Below are positions 32,508 through 33,135 of a stretch of 33,135 nt of DNA, one piece after another. Source of the DNA: Nemertoderma westbladi (Eukaryota; Animalia; Xenacoelomorpha). Under the pieces are notes generated by a model, which saw only the letters and a program-made list of their open reading frames with translations, had not been told where the DNA came from and searched no databases. Position 1 is the stretch's first letter; each line of letters starts with the position of its first letter. The stretch is from NCBI GenBank assembly GCA_032718475.1, contig JAUCBJ010000481.1:1-33135 (forward strand), written 5' to 3'. The position numbers and the translations under genes were made by a program.

Positions 32508-33135
32508 CTAAACAGGAGAAAACCCAGTTCCCGATCTATAGTAGGAGTTCAGGAACAATTTTTCTACATCATCTTGGCCTATGAATGGATTAAGAGGGAT
32601 AGTTAACTGTAAAGCGCATGGATTATACCATGTGATAATTGCAGTTATTCTGTTCACAATCTTTAAATATTATAGACAATTGAGGCTTCAACACAGGCCA
32701 GGTAGAACCGAATAGCCACAATAGCAATTTTTCTTTCGTTAATGAAAGGTCTTCGTGAATGACAGTACTCTCATCACCATTGTCTAATTTAACAAAGATA
32801 TTTATTATCCAATATATGGTGTTTTTGTCTTGAGCATCAAAACCATCCATATCCAGTGTTACTTGATTGAGATAGATCGCCTTTTCCATGATTTACTGGC
32901 ACTTGTGAGAGAACGAAAAAAACGAATCTTTCAATGACATAATGGCCCCTTTATTCATGATGATTAGAGTGCGCAGAAAGGTTTCAGAAAACTTGTCAAT
33001 TTGTGATTGTATTTGAAGAGCATTATCGTTTGGTGGAATCAAATTTAGTCCGTCACACATAAAACGTAACTCATCCCAAATTATCCCCAAGATTAAATTA
33101 AGTAGAACAGTAGGAAGATTACAACATTTTTGCAA
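32508..33135 (-). pseudogene. HECT-domain E3 ubiquitin ligase C-terminal remnant (G2E3-like), frameshifted
   Basis: EKLLLWLFGS..., then in a shifted frame WYNPCALQLTIP...SGTGFSPV* with a candidate catalytic Cys and Phe at -4 from the C-terminus. Confidence 0.62.

Overview
This is AT-rich eukaryotic (invertebrate animal-like) genomic DNA, not a prokaryotic locus. Its backbone is an internal part of one large minus-strand gene, of which 14 exons with canonical AG/GT ends can be read, all phase 1-1 (about 1917 nt, 639 codons). They encode 9 calcium-binding EGF domains, a Thr/Pro-rich mucin-like linker and two WxxW (Mucin2_WxxW/CILP-type) domains, each split over two exons. Neither start nor stop is in the window. 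The EGF exons come from recent tandem duplication, and there is one decayed pseudo-exon. The introns, one of 15.5 kb, are filled with nested mobile DNA: several LINEs, five copies of one RTE family, a PIF/Harbinger element with TIRs and TSD, SINEs, a Gypsy remnant, a foldback-like element of inverted 15-bp arrays with a 6-bp TSD, and minisatellites. The most notable items are (1) a decayed DDE transposase convergent with a HECT ubiquitin-ligase remnant, (2) a 64-bp tandem array that copies a real splice donor six times, and (3) a nested signal-peptide/Cys-rich pseudogene split by an RTE insertion. Most long ORFs in the ORF track are repeat artefacts.
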